From a virus (Duplodnaviria > Caudoviricetes), in IMG/VR virus record IMGVR_UViG_3300037755_000190, positions 1 to 51,980 of that record: a stretch of DNA of 51,980 nucleotides. One strand, given 5' to 3'. The stretch's first letter is position 1. Each line of letters starts with the position of its first letter. This document shows positions 16,101 to 24,810 of the stretch, in pieces. A program made the position numbers and the translations under genes. The notes below the pieces were generated by a model that made no database searches, was not told the DNA's origin, and saw only the letters and a program-made list of their open reading frames with translations.

Positions 16101-19100
16101 CTAGATTCATCGATGTAATCTCTGTTCTTCTCCCAGATTGTGTTAAGCTGGCTCTTTTCCTTCTTAGTCAAATCCTTGCGTAGCACCTTAGACGCATCCA
16201 ACATCAAACGATGGATCTCTTGAGCCGCTGTGGTCGCTAGCTGACGATTAGAGTTGGCCAATGTGCTTAGTAGATCATCTGGCGTCCTGATAAGACCGAG
16301 GAAAGTGTTTAAGATGCCCTTCGGGCTAGTGTTATCTGTGGAGACAATAAGATCACGCACACTGTCTAGCGTCTCGTCAACGCTTTTGGCAATGTTGATA
16401 TAGAAACCGTCGCCCTGCTGCAAGATGCTAAACTGATTAGGCTTAAGACCGTACATGTCAGTGCCGAATAGAGCCGCCTGAGCCGGATTGTCAAATAGAC
16501 TACCGTCTGCCTTACCCATACGAAGATGGACAACAGTGGTGTTAACTAACTGATCTTCCGGGCGCGTAACTGAGAAAGGACCGCCAAAGGAGACATCAAG
16601 GAAGGCATCATTAACATGTGTGTAGGTTGTCTTGAGGACACCTTTTGCTTCCTCAATAGCCTTCTGTAAAGCCTCGGCTGGTAATCTAACGATAGCCGAG
16701 TTGTTAAGGGGTATACCTAACAGTTTGACAGCGTTACGCTTAAGAGCCGCTAGAACACGATCAGACTTCGCCTTGGTTAGCGATTGTCCGTTGGAGGCAA
16801 CTTCGTCAACGTTAAAGATAGATGGTGTTAGCTTAACTAGATTGCGACTATCGTCTAGAGGGTCTCCACCTCTCCAGGCTTGTCTTGCCCTACCATAGAC
16901 ATCAAGAGAAACAGCAGCATCAGACATACCAGCTTCCGCTAGGACACCATCACCTGTCTCCATCATGCCAGCACGACTTGTTGCTTTGAAGCTGTTCTTT
17001 ATCTGCTCAGCGTCACCAGCCTTTTTAGCGTACAGCTCATTAAGAGCCAATTCGTTTATTAAGGCTTCATAGCTCTGTAAGGTCTGACCAGATTGCTTTG
17101 GGTTGCCATACTTGAGCTTTGCTTTCTCCGTGTTGAAGTAAATCCACTCATCAGCGTTAGCAAAGTCATCGTCCGCCATCTGACCACCCATCTTGCGCCA
17201 GGCTTTCAGCTCGTACTGCTTACGCAAAGAGTCTTCGTCTACTATAACAGTGCGTGTGGCTTCGTCGTAGTACGCATAGCCTTGACCCTTGGGGGTAGGC
17301 TTAGTCTTCACAGGCAAATTTGTAACTGGATCGGTTGGAATCGTCTTTGTCGGGGGCATTAGAGGCGGCGCTTTTACCACCACCGGAGGCTCCCTGACAG
17401 CGGTAGGCTTACGGCGGTTCTTGATAGTGTAGGGAATAGGTTCGGGAGACTGCCCCATAGCGATGTTACGGGAGGTCTGGAGCCCAGCCTTTAGGCGTTC
17501 TTTGTAGAGCTTAGTTAGTGCCAGGGCATTAATAATATTCTCGTATTGAGCAGTGGTTTGCCCCTTGGCCTGAAGAACAACGGCGTGGGCCGTCTCGTGC
17601 CAAAGAACAAACTCCGTCATAGCACCAATGTCGTCAATTAGCGCTTTTGGAACGAAGTTGGCACCGGGATAAAACGGCTCGTTTTTAGCAAAACGCCTTT
17701 CCGCTTCAGCCGAAAAATACCACGGATCGAGACCAACATTGTGTCTCGCTACTACTTTACCCTTGCTCTTGGTAGGGCTATAAGCGTAAATCGCGTCATC
17801 TTGTTTATATGTGTATGTTGGCCAGGGCTTAAATCTGTCGTCCAGAAAGTCTAATGCTTTAGCGTCCTGCCAAGGCTCAACAACAGTATCTTTAAGAAGC
17901 GATCGTATGGCGTCATCTACATACTTTTCGTCGTTGAGAGAGCCGCTAAGAATAGAGCGACCAATGCCAGCGCCCCGCATAAAGGAATAGAGAGCATCTT
18001 TACCACCTTTGTACGCCTTTTCAAAGAAATCCATATTAGTGTCTAGCGCAGGTGAAACACGATCTACTATATCTGTTAGATTAATAGAAATCTGCTGTGT
18101 GGTCTTTGGAAACTCTCCATAGTCTCTGGCAGAACCAAAACTGAAAGTCCCATCTTCATCTGCGTAACGCACTTTATCGTGGCGAGTATAGTGGTATGTC
18201 GCATTACCGTTCTCATAGGTAATCTTTATGTCGGGTGCGTTTTGACCTTGAGGCCCTATTGTCTCTGGAGCCTGACGGACGGGACTTGTTGGCGCGCCTT
18301 CAGACGCAACCTCTGTAGTGTTCCTGAAAGCTAAACGCTTCTTGATACTATCGGCGACCGTTTGTCCAACCGTCTTACCAACCTTGCCCGTCACTTCAGC
18401 CACTTTAGAGACATCAACAGCAAGTTTAGCTGGCTTAAGGAAGGGTAGGAACGATGTCATGTCCAGAGCACCAAAGGTGTTATCTAGGAGCTGATCGTTG
18501 CTGGAATAGTTAATGACACCCTGAGCAAAGCTTAGAGCGTCTAATGGACTATCTTCCGCGATCTTACGGACAGCAAGTTCTAACTGCGTCTTAAACTCAG
18601 AGGGGCGCAGTGTGTATAGGTATTCTACTTCCTCAGAGATTGTATTACCAAAGAGGAGACCACCCGTCAAAGGAGCGGCGGCAACAGCGCCAGTAAGATT
18701 TGTGTAAGCCCAGAAGGGAATAATTTGCTTTGCGTAAGCGAGAGCGGTCCCTCCGATGCCTGTTTGCTTCCACTCGTGCTCTGCATCCTCAAGGACAGCC
18801 TTAGCTATCTGATTGCGAGCGATGAGTTTGACCGCCGCGTCTGAGGCGTCTAGGTACTCCCAAGGAAGCTTATTTAGCGCCTCTTGGTGATTGCTTTGCC
18901 CGTTGATAAGGGAGGGAATAGTTGAGACAACCCACTCACCGTACATCTCCTCAAGCACGGTCTTAGGATCGCTTGCCGTCGAACTACCTACGATGCCCAT
19001 CAGCTCGTCGGCCTCTGAAGTTGTCAGGGGGCGGTTAATGGTGCTAGTGATCTCTTGGACCATCCCCAGGCGCATCTTACGGTCCTCAAGGCTCTTGGAG

Positions 19101-19378
19101 GCTGCTAGGGCCTGTCTGAGTTCGGGCTCGTCTCCATTCGCTAGCTGATTGACAATGCTGTCGTAGCCAGGGGATTTTGCCCCCATAGCGAAGTTAGCCT
19201 TGGTAGCACGCCTAGCGATAACGTCGGGATCGGTACTAGGGCTAGTCGTTAGCCCCCCAGGCGAAGACATGTCGAGATCATAGTAAAGGTTCTCAGCAAC
19301 AGGACCGCCAGCTTGCGCTTCTTCGGAAATGTCAACATCAATGAACTGAGTATCAACCCCAGGCGGCTTAAGTTCCAA
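13103..19378 (-). CDS. giant internal virion (ejection) protein with zincin-like HExxH insert
   Basis: 2091 aa in the T7 gp16-like position; FVLWHETAH motif at 17585-17611. Confidence 0.8.
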   Translation of the reverse strand: MELKPPGVDTQFIDVDISEEAQAGGPVAENLYYDLDMSSPGGLTTSPSTDPDVIARRATKANFAMGAKSPGYDSIVNQLANGDEPELRQALAASKSLEDRKMRLGMVQEITSTINRPLTTSEADELMGIVGSSTASDPKTVLEEMYGEWVVSTIPSLINGQSNHQEALNKLPWEYLDASDAAVKLIARNQIAKAVLEDAEHEWKQTGIGGTALAYAKQIIPFWAYTNLTGAVAAAPLTGGLLFGNTISEEVEYLYTLRPSEFKTQLELAVRKIAEDSPLDALSFAQGVINYSSNDQLLDNTFGALDMTSFLPFLKPAKLAVDVSKVAEVTGKVGKTVGQTVADSIKKRLAFRNTTEVASEGAPTSPVRQAPETIGPQGQNAPDIKITYENGNATYHYTRHDKVRYADEDGTFSFGSARDYGEFPKTTQQISINLTDIVDRVSPALDTNMDFFEKAYKGGKDALYSFMRGAGIGRSILSGSLNDEKYVDDAIRSLLKDTVVEPWQDAKALDFLDDRFKPWPTYTYKQDDAIYAYSPTKSKGKVVARHNVGLDPWYFSAEAERRFAKNEPFYPGANFVPKALIDDIGAMTEFVLWHETAHAVVLQAKGQTTAQYENIINALALTKLYKERLKAGLQTSRNIAMGQSPEPIPYTIKNRRKPTAVREPPVVVKAPPLMPPTKTIPTDPVTNLPVKTKPTPKGQGYAYYDEATRTVIVDEDSLRKQYELKAWRKMGGQMADDDFANADEWIYFNTEKAKLKYGNPKQSGQTLQSYEALINELALNELYAKKAGDAEQIKNSFKATSRAGMMETGDGVLAEAGMSDAAVSLDVYGRARQAWRGGDPLDDSRNLVKLTPSIFNVDEVASNGQSLTKAKSDRVLAALKRNAVKLLGIPLNNSAIVRLPAEALQKAIEEAKGVLKTTYTHVNDAFLDVSFGGPFSVTRPEDQLVNTTVVHLRMGKADGSLFDNPAQAALFGTDMYGLKPNQFSILQQGDGFYINIAKSVDETLDSVRDLIVSTDNTSPKGILNTFLGLIRTPDDLLSTLANSNRQLATTAAQEIHRLMLDASKVLRKDLTKKEKSQLNTIWEKNRDYIDESSGERGLFHTTIGEFENAFFDRFKQQPSEKQIEAYFTYTQLYDMDYILRNLALHRDLARMGAEKTTIFYQTTDELGQAQTKASRQFAGRLNDRIPWDDGSEDFGVWLYDPAKKNKGEFFLRSQLTQDVRDTLDGNVKDRGFKVVEIVNPLEKPLLDVAGTTETIHFAVVKNFENAKFDWNILPYRPGGHVEYGDKFFIKQPNLRRSTASGSLRHIYEGDTSLLNVATEVEAKRYAQAADDARLLLRDNKMDALKTFLYQNTPWDIETFKSFFSSKVMPDGTIRPALLHMDDPITWTAAGRNTSDMEHFKGAFRQYEGFFNGVRSKYNLFAQNVDKKYLGSRDPDLPRVQELGTESKPIFQLDKPRLLSPLDTLNKAIANVSRSRHMNDYKTTAVENFINEFWSVMKTTPEELRRNPIYYFHNPVWDTETKNKALLAAAQNTRRANIMFIGASSDLSSKMMWLQNKIVDQVYTRLGQKASDYVTENLLPTVKDPFTYARSIAFHTKLGLFNPVQLALQAQSFVHVMAIAGPQMAIRGAGDAIRMRMLRLTEDENIINQFARWSSNADHFKESYAEMRRTGYYNVGGEVAWRDDVFDPNLFKGTFGTFLEKGTMFFDEGERFVRLSAWNAAYYAWRDLNPKAVMDNAARNQVLKRADLMAANMTRASNAAWQQGIVGIPTQFLAFQARLAEQLLPGWGSRLSGAEKRQAYMTYAAVYGVPVAAGAGAGVWPYYEDIRQAALERGVPMDNVAIQAMHDGLLSTMLSVATGKQYNVSERYGPGGTSLFKDAISGEKTVIDLLLGASGSIIGDMIKSAEPATAALMSLFDESVAPPTMEDFLEVTRNISSINNAAKAWYLYNQGRYFTRNGTVVVDNATGFDAFMSGAMGLTNRDVGDTFIMIQSRKEQRKAEDAAVKEVQKWYRKAISEYTDGNQELGDGYLKRAKAWLVSSGINPSKHGAILRGAVKGHENLFNAVREDFWRKAPVGQSEARREMISGQAEEE

Positions 19379-19844
19379 AGAGCGAATTCCCTACGGACGT
19401 GCCAATGCTACTAATCGTACCAGCGTTCTTTACGAGGCTGCCGCCGAGCGTGCTAATACCTTCACCAAGGCTACCCCGTGTTTCTGCTCGGCGCTGTTGA
19501 CGGTTAGCAGCGAACACTTGATTACCTAAATCGTTCTGTTGCTGAATACCAGCGATGTTCGTCTGCCCTTCACCTTGTATGCTGGCAAAGGCACCCTGTA
19601 GACCTGATCCAGCGCTAGCGCCCTGAGTCGTTGCGTTAGACAGGGCTAGAGCACGCTGCTGCTGCATCTCCCTAACAACGGCTCGTTGTCGTCTAAGGGC
19701 ATCCAGGTTAGCTGATTTCTGTCGGGCGTCTTCTTCTTTGTCTGCCGCTTTAGCTGCATCTTGAGAGGCGTTGTATTGCACTAACGTGCCCGCTGCTCCG
19801 AGAGCCAAGCCGACCCCGGCGATTATACTTGTTACTGCTGGCAC
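19368..19844 (-). CDS. internal virion protein (T7 gp14-like position)
   Basis: A/G/Q-rich with a hydrophobic N-terminus; follows the GNAT gene. Confidence 0.75.
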   Translation of the reverse strand: MPAVTSIIAGVGLALGAAGTLVQYNASQDAAKAADKEEDARQKSANLDALRRQRAVVREMQQQRALALSNATTQGASAGSGLQGAFASIQGEGQTNIAGIQQQNDLGNQVFAANRQQRRAETRGSLGEGISTLGGSLVKNAGTISSIGTSVGNSLFGT

Positions 19845-19845
19845 T

Positions 19846-20346
19846 TTATGCTCTTTCGCATGTCTTTAAATATGCTTTCTCACTTAATTTGTATCCAAGG
19901 CGCTCATAGTACTTCCCAACCTTATCTGCGTACTCTCCGTTTAATGAACATAGCTGGAAATAATCCGCCTTGGCTACTTCTTTTGACCAGTACTCAAAGG
20001 CTTGTATTAGTTGGATGCCCACTCCCGATTGTCTGTGTTCTTCGTCAACCCACCAAAGTACCTCTGTAGCCACTCTAGCCTTCGAGAAAATGATGGGCTG
20101 AACACTAGCGGCAAGGATGGCGATGGGCTTGCTTTCCAGTAGTCCCAGGATGATAATTCGATTAGAGGGGTCGTATATAAATTCGCTGATGATAGAGTTG
20201 ATTTTGTCTTCGTCATGTCCGTATTCACTGTAAATAGATGCCTTATAGAAATCGATGCAGAGGCGTTTAATATCGTCAAAGTCTGCTAATGTGCCTAATT
20301 TAAGACTATACGCCTTGGTTGCTTGTTTCAAATACCGACCAGCCAA
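19846..20346 (-). CDS. GNAT acetyltransferase (tail module)
   Basis: Acetyl-CoA motif A EVLWWVDEEHRQSGVG; YYERLGYKLSE. Confidence 0.85.
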   Translation of the reverse strand: MAGRYLKQATKAYSLKLGTLADFDDIKRLCIDFYKASIYSEYGHDEDKINSIISEFIYDPSNRIIILGLLESKPIAILAASVQPIIFSKARVATEVLWWVDEEHRQSGVGIQLIQAFEYWSKEVAKADYFQLCSLNGEYADKVGKYYERLGYKLSEKAYLKTCERA

Positions 20347-22474
20347 TTAGATTAAAGGGTTGCCCCGCTACACTGTCCACACGAAATTGATAAACAATAC
20401 CTGATCCTCTGGACTTAATGCGTTTACGTTCGTAGGAATAAGAGCCGCTATCCGTTGTGATCCTCTGCGTTGAAGACCAGCGCCCTGTACTGCCGCTAAG
20501 GGCGTATTGCCATCTCGATTGAAAATCTAAGGTCGAGGCTTCGTTCTCAGTCGAAAAGAATAGGTTAATGTAAGTAGGCGTCACCTTTCGATAGCCGTCT
20601 CCATGGACCTTATAACCTGTCGTAAAGTATGAGTCGTAATCGAGACCTACTTCATCAACGGAATACCAATCTACGTAAGCTGTGTTCCATTCTTCTGCGA
20701 AGGTAAAATCGTGCTCGCCGCCATTTGGTGTACTTACGAGAAACTTAAATACCTCAGCCTTCGGCACTAAAGGATCAAAGGCATATACTGTTGCCAACGC
20801 TGAATTGGTTACTGTCGCTAAAGCGCTGTCGGTAACAATTTGTGCTTCACCTTCGGTGTCTTCAGAAATAACAGAGATGATTGCGTTTAGGGCGTAGGTG
20901 CTCGTGTCAATTGACCAGCCATAGAAGGACTTGGCAATTAGGTTAAAATTAAGTACTCTATCGTATTCGTAGGATTCTGTATTTGAGGCGGCGTCTGTGG
21001 ATCGATAAAGCCAACTAACAATACGGTTACGTCGATTATAGGCACCCTTTGCGAACCTTTTACTTTCGTAGGGAATGTCATTATAAAACGACCTAATAGT
21101 AGAATCGGTTAGAGGCGTTACGCTTGGTACAGATGATGTCTGCTCTTGATTAACGAAGTAAATAGACTCCCCATTCCAAAAGCTAGGTAGGCCATCAATG
21201 GAGACAAAGGACGAAGGGCTAAGACACCCGACATTTGACACCTTTATCACCGAGTAGTCAGTAGCCCTAAAGCCGACACCTTCAGAGCCAGAGATAGACC
21301 AAACACCATTAGTCGCAAAGACCAATAGGGCGTCTTGGAAGGCAAACAGTTTAACAACCGTTCCGGAGTCCGGGATTAAGACAACACCACCATCAGAGGC
21401 TAATAAGCTAAATTGTGTTGAACTGGCGGGGTCGTTGGCTTGGTAGCATTCGCTGATTTGGTCATTGCGCTCAATGATCTGACTGAAAAGGATCTGATTG
21501 GAAAACTTCTCACCCTGTGTTCCCGCGTACCAGACACGCCCAGCAAAGAACTCAACAGTAGACATGCGATAAAAACCAGCCGAGCGCCCAGCGTCGTCTC
21601 CCGTCAAGCCGGTAATGGATCGACCTGGATTTACGATAGAAACGGAATTGCGGTCTGGATCATGGTAGTCAAGGATATAATGCCCTTTTGGCGAGGGGGT
21701 GTTACCTTGGACACCGGGTAGAGCCGAGAAGTCATAGTGGAAATCAGGAAAGTAGATGAACCAAGTATCGGCATTGCTAGGGTAGTCCGCTCTAGCGTCT
21801 TCCCATCCATCAAGGATATAATCATCGGAGAAGGTAGCAGAGTTCTCCTGCTGTACGTCTGTATCCCAGCCTTGATTTAATAGATTGTATTCGTGTTGTT
21901 CACTAAGTACTGTCGGTCGCTCGGTGATTTCCAACCCATCGTCAATACCTTCAAAGTCGCGTGTCTTTAGATCGATTACCGTTGCGCTTACCGTTATTGC
22001 GTCAGGGTCATACGTGATATACACGGTTTCCATAGCTGGGTTAGCTACAAATAGAAAGCCATTCCCCGCCGCATATTGGCACTCGGCCGAGGAGACAGAA
22101 AGATTAGTTCCAGTTGGTTTATAATCGTCTAGTTCGATACTAGCAAATTGCGTATCGGATATTGCCCCAGTGCTATCTACTGAGTAGAAGAATAGAATTG
22201 AGCCGACTTGTGCGATGACAATAGTGTTATCCCCATTGCCGGCCGCTGCGTCCCACCTATAGACCGATAGCGCACCGTCAGCTCTTGTACTCGTCGATAT
22301 TTCGTATCCGTGTTCAAGGTCAATACCCAACCTACGCTTTACAATGCCTTGATCATCAAAGACACAGTTATCTGTCTCGGTAACGGCTTGCTCGGGAAAG
22401 TTAAGGCCAGTTGCCTCGGTGATCAGTCCCTTTACGAAACTGTTTTCAACGAAACTGCCTGCTTGTCTAGCCAC
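20306..22474 (-). CDS. tail tubular protein B / nozzle (beta-propeller)
   Basis: N-terminal NSFVKGLITEA..LNFPE..N, FFAGRVWYAG and LLVFATNGVWSI; 722 aa downstream of tubular protein A. Confidence 0.85.
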   Translation of the reverse strand: MARQAGSFVENSFVKGLITEATGLNFPEQAVTETDNCVFDDQGIVKRRLGIDLEHGYEISTSTRADGALSVYRWDAAAGNGDNTIVIAQVGSILFFYSVDSTGAISDTQFASIELDDYKPTGTNLSVSSAECQYAAGNGFLFVANPAMETVYITYDPDAITVSATVIDLKTRDFEGIDDGLEITERPTVLSEQHEYNLLNQGWDTDVQQENSATFSDDYILDGWEDARADYPSNADTWFIYFPDFHYDFSALPGVQGNTPSPKGHYILDYHDPDRNSVSIVNPGRSITGLTGDDAGRSAGFYRMSTVEFFAGRVWYAGTQGEKFSNQILFSQIIERNDQISECYQANDPASSTQFSLLASDGGVVLIPDSGTVVKLFAFQDALLVFATNGVWSISGSEGVGFRATDYSVIKVSNVGCLSPSSFVSIDGLPSFWNGESIYFVNQEQTSSVPSVTPLTDSTIRSFYNDIPYESKRFAKGAYNRRNRIVSWLYRSTDAASNTESYEYDRVLNFNLIAKSFYGWSIDTSTYALNAIISVISEDTEGEAQIVTDSALATVTNSALATVYAFDPLVPKAEVFKFLVSTPNGGEHDFTFAEEWNTAYVDWYSVDEVGLDYDSYFTTGYKVHGDGYRKVTPTYINLFFSTENEASTLDFQSRWQYALSGSTGRWSSTQRITTDSGSYSYERKRIKSRGSGIVYQFRVDSVAGQPFNLIGWSVFETSNQGV

Positions 22475-22751
22475 TAATCAGTAGACCTTGATCGATAGCC
22501 CCCTTGGGCTTAGCTTCTGCTTTGAGGAGATTAAAGTAAGCCTTAACTGCTTTCTCAGCTTCGCCAATGCCCGTATAGCAGCCCTCTAGTTGGGGCGGGA
22601 TATTCTTAGTTCTTTCCATACGTACTCGCCAGAAGCCATGGGGGTCGGTCGGATAGATGATGGCTGTCTTTCCCATGGACTCCATACGGCGTTCAAGAGG
22701 TAGGTCTTTGTCTTCGTCTGTATCAATCTCAGGGTCAATTAAGTGCCTCAT
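22467..22751 (-). CDS. hypothetical protein in the tail module
   Basis: 94 aa, overlapping both neighbours. Confidence 0.7.
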   Translation of the reverse strand: MRHLIDPEIDTDEDKDLPLERRMESMGKTAIIYPTDPHGFWRVRMERTKNIPPQLEGCYTGIGEAEKAVKAYFNLLKAEAKPKGAIDQGLLISG

Positions 22752-23527
22752 CGGGCGCGTCTCCCATAATTAGGTAATTTGTCCATAGCGGACAGTGCAT
22801 CTTCGTGCGGCAAAGCTTGTTTAGCTCGCTCTGCGTGAATCATTTGGTCTCTGGCTTCTTTACGCGCTAAGGCGTGGTCTGATTGTTTCAGTTCAGCAAA
22901 GGCTAGAGCTTTGGATTTATTCAATAAAAGCGAGAACTGCTCTGCATCCAGATCGGGGGTAAAGCTATCTGATTGCGTCCAGGTCGCTGTCTTCTGTCCG
23001 TAGGCCACTGTTTTAGATTTCTGCAAGGTGGTATCTACGTCAGCATCATAGGAATCAAAGATAAAAGTGTAGTCGTCTAGGGAAGTCCACCATTCCGGAG
23101 CTTTGTCATTGAGACAGAAGATGGGCAAACTATCCGAGCCGACTACTAAGCTAAAGTCCACAACGTTCGTCTGATCTGTGTCTAGCTGATACATCTGCTC
23201 AAAGAAGTCTTCGGGATTCTTGTACTTGACGGGTTGGATCAGGCTTGCTGTGTCTCCATCTGCAATTTTGTCATACTTGATCCACAGAACGTTAAGGACA
23301 TCACTGGGTAGGTACATAAGTGTTGGTTTTGAGCTATCTCCAGAGGCCGTTAGTTCGAACAAAGAGAAGTGTTCTGGAAGCTCAAGTCGAGACACGATAT
23401 CCCAATAACAGCGCTTGATAATAGCTACGACTTGTAGAGCCTCTGTCGTGTCTGTTATGCTGTTAATCTCGTCACTGTCCATTGCAGACAGGATTTCTTG
23501 GGTAAGCTCTAGTACTGTGGATTTCAT
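22748..23527 (-). CDS. tail tubular protein A / adaptor
   Basis: N-terminus MKSTVLELTQEILSAMDSDEINSI.DT.EALQV, C-terminus PNYGRR; gene position. Confidence 0.8.
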   Translation of the reverse strand: MKSTVLELTQEILSAMDSDEINSITDTTEALQVVAIIKRCYWDIVSRLELPEHFSLFELTASGDSSKPTLMYLPSDVLNVLWIKYDKIADGDTASLIQPVKYKNPEDFFEQMYQLDTDQTNVVDFSLVVGSDSLPIFCLNDKAPEWWTSLDDYTFIFDSYDADVDTTLQKSKTVAYGQKTATWTQSDSFTPDLDAEQFSLLLNKSKALAFAELKQSDHALARKEARDQMIHAERAKQALPHEDALSAMDKLPNYGRRAR

Positions 23528-23916
23528 CGAGTTTTAAGGTAATCCATAAAGCTGCGACCTAGCTTTTCAATAGGCCGTGTTAGAAAGTAAGACAGAATAA
23601 TGGTCTGCTCTAAATTCTCGTAAGGTGAAGGAAGTTTTGCAATACCCCACCCAAGAGTAAAGGTGCTATCCAAGGCAATTGCCCCGATATGTAGAATAAA
23701 AGGATAGACCACGAGAGGGCGTATGGCCGCAGTAACCCACCAGCCTTGCTCGACAACGAGTATTTCTTTCTGTAGCTTTCTCGTTTCAAGTTCTGCCTGG
23801 ATTGTAGCAACTGCGATTTGTGCATTAGCGTCTGTCTTCTTTGAGTAGGCGTCTAGGAGTTTGTCTAAGACACCTCCCGTGAGCCAGCTAATCAGATATG
23901 TGAATATTTTTAGCAT
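23524..23916 (-). CDS. holin (3-TM type)
   Basis: WWVTAAIRPLVVY and SYFLTRPIEK motifs with TM segments; adjacent to the endolysin. Confidence 0.7.
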   Translation of the reverse strand: MLKIFTYLISWLTGGVLDKLLDAYSKKTDANAQIAVATIQAELETRKLQKEILVVEQGWWVTAAIRPLVVYPFILHIGAIALDSTFTLGWGIAKLPSPYENLEQTIILSYFLTRPIEKLGRSFMDYLKTR

Positions 23917-24664
23917 AGGAGTAGAGACCGTACCCAACGACCGCTAGGAGAGCTAACATGAAGGCCAGCGCAAAGGGGTTGTTCACCGCACCTACAAGGC
24001 CAGCACCACAAGCCGTGATCAAACCCGTTAAGGAGAGCTTCCAAGGGGTCTCTGAGGGGGTAGTAATGTCTCCTGCTGCCCCTAATCCCTCGGGCACCGT
24101 TGGCCGCTCCTGGATGATCTGTATGCCCTCTGAGGCCATCTCTAGGGCTGTGGCTTTGACCCCCTTCACACGACTTCCCCAGCCCTTGCCGAACGTCACC
24201 CAAGTACCGAGGGTATGAAGCCAACCTAGCCGGTCATCACAGACACGAGAGATCAGGGCAGGTAGGTTTTCAACGGAGGTAGCGGCGTCTAGCGTGGCAG
24301 GCCCCATGAGCCCATCGATCTTTAGCTTTCGCCCTTCCGCCTTGTTGAGAGCTTTCTGCAAGAATTTGATGGAACGATGGGGGCCACTGTTGACACCAAA
24401 ATCGAAGACAACCAAGTCCAGACCAATAGGGAGAAGATCGCCCTTCACCGCGTCCCAATAACTACTCTTGTAGATGTCTTCCATCTCGCTGCGTGTAATC
24501 TTTTTAACATCGCGAGGAGTAAGTTGCTTTAGGCGTCGGTAGGAGTTATAAACCCGCTGAATAATACCCCACTGTGTCTTTCCACCGGGGTCTTTAGGAT
24601 GATTAGAATACCCACCCTCCCATTTAAGGGTTTCAGCTAAACAGTCTTTAAAGTTAACTTTCAT
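23888..24664 (-). CDS. GH108 endolysin with PG-binding domain and C-terminal hydrophobic tail
   Basis: EGGYSNHPKDPGG.T.WGI, FDFGVNSG, DGLMGPATL and FGKGW..RV motifs. Confidence 0.92.
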   Translation of the reverse strand: MKVNFKDCLAETLKWEGGYSNHPKDPGGKTQWGIIQRVYNSYRRLKQLTPRDVKKITRSEMEDIYKSSYWDAVKGDLLPIGLDLVVFDFGVNSGPHRSIKFLQKALNKAEGRKLKIDGLMGPATLDAATSVENLPALISRVCDDRLGWLHTLGTWVTFGKGWGSRVKGVKATALEMASEGIQIIQERPTVPEGLGAAGDITTPSETPWKLSLTGLITACGAGLVGAVNNPFALAFMLALLAVVGYGLYSYAKNIHISD

Positions 24665-24670
24665 ACGTAA

Positions 24671-24784
24671 TTACGCCCAATTCCCTACTGCGGTGACTGT
24701 ATTTATACCGATTGGCCAGCAGCGAAAGAATGAATTTCTTTGTATTACTGGAGCGCCGTCCGGAACCGCGACCGGATAATACAT
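24671..24784 (-). pseudogene. 37-codon ORF resembling an orphaned tail-fibre C-terminus
   Basis: MYYPVAVPDGAPVIQRNSFFRCWPIGINTVTAVGNWA*, at the boundary between GC-rich and phage-typical DNA. Confidence 0.4.
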
Positions 24785-24810
24785 CGTCGCGCCCTTGCCG
24801 GAATCACTAA

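Noticed and set aside
19846-20346. GNAT acetyltransferase among tail genes as a novelty
   Set aside because: A GNAT-fold gene between the nozzle and ejection proteins is a common podovirus arrangement.
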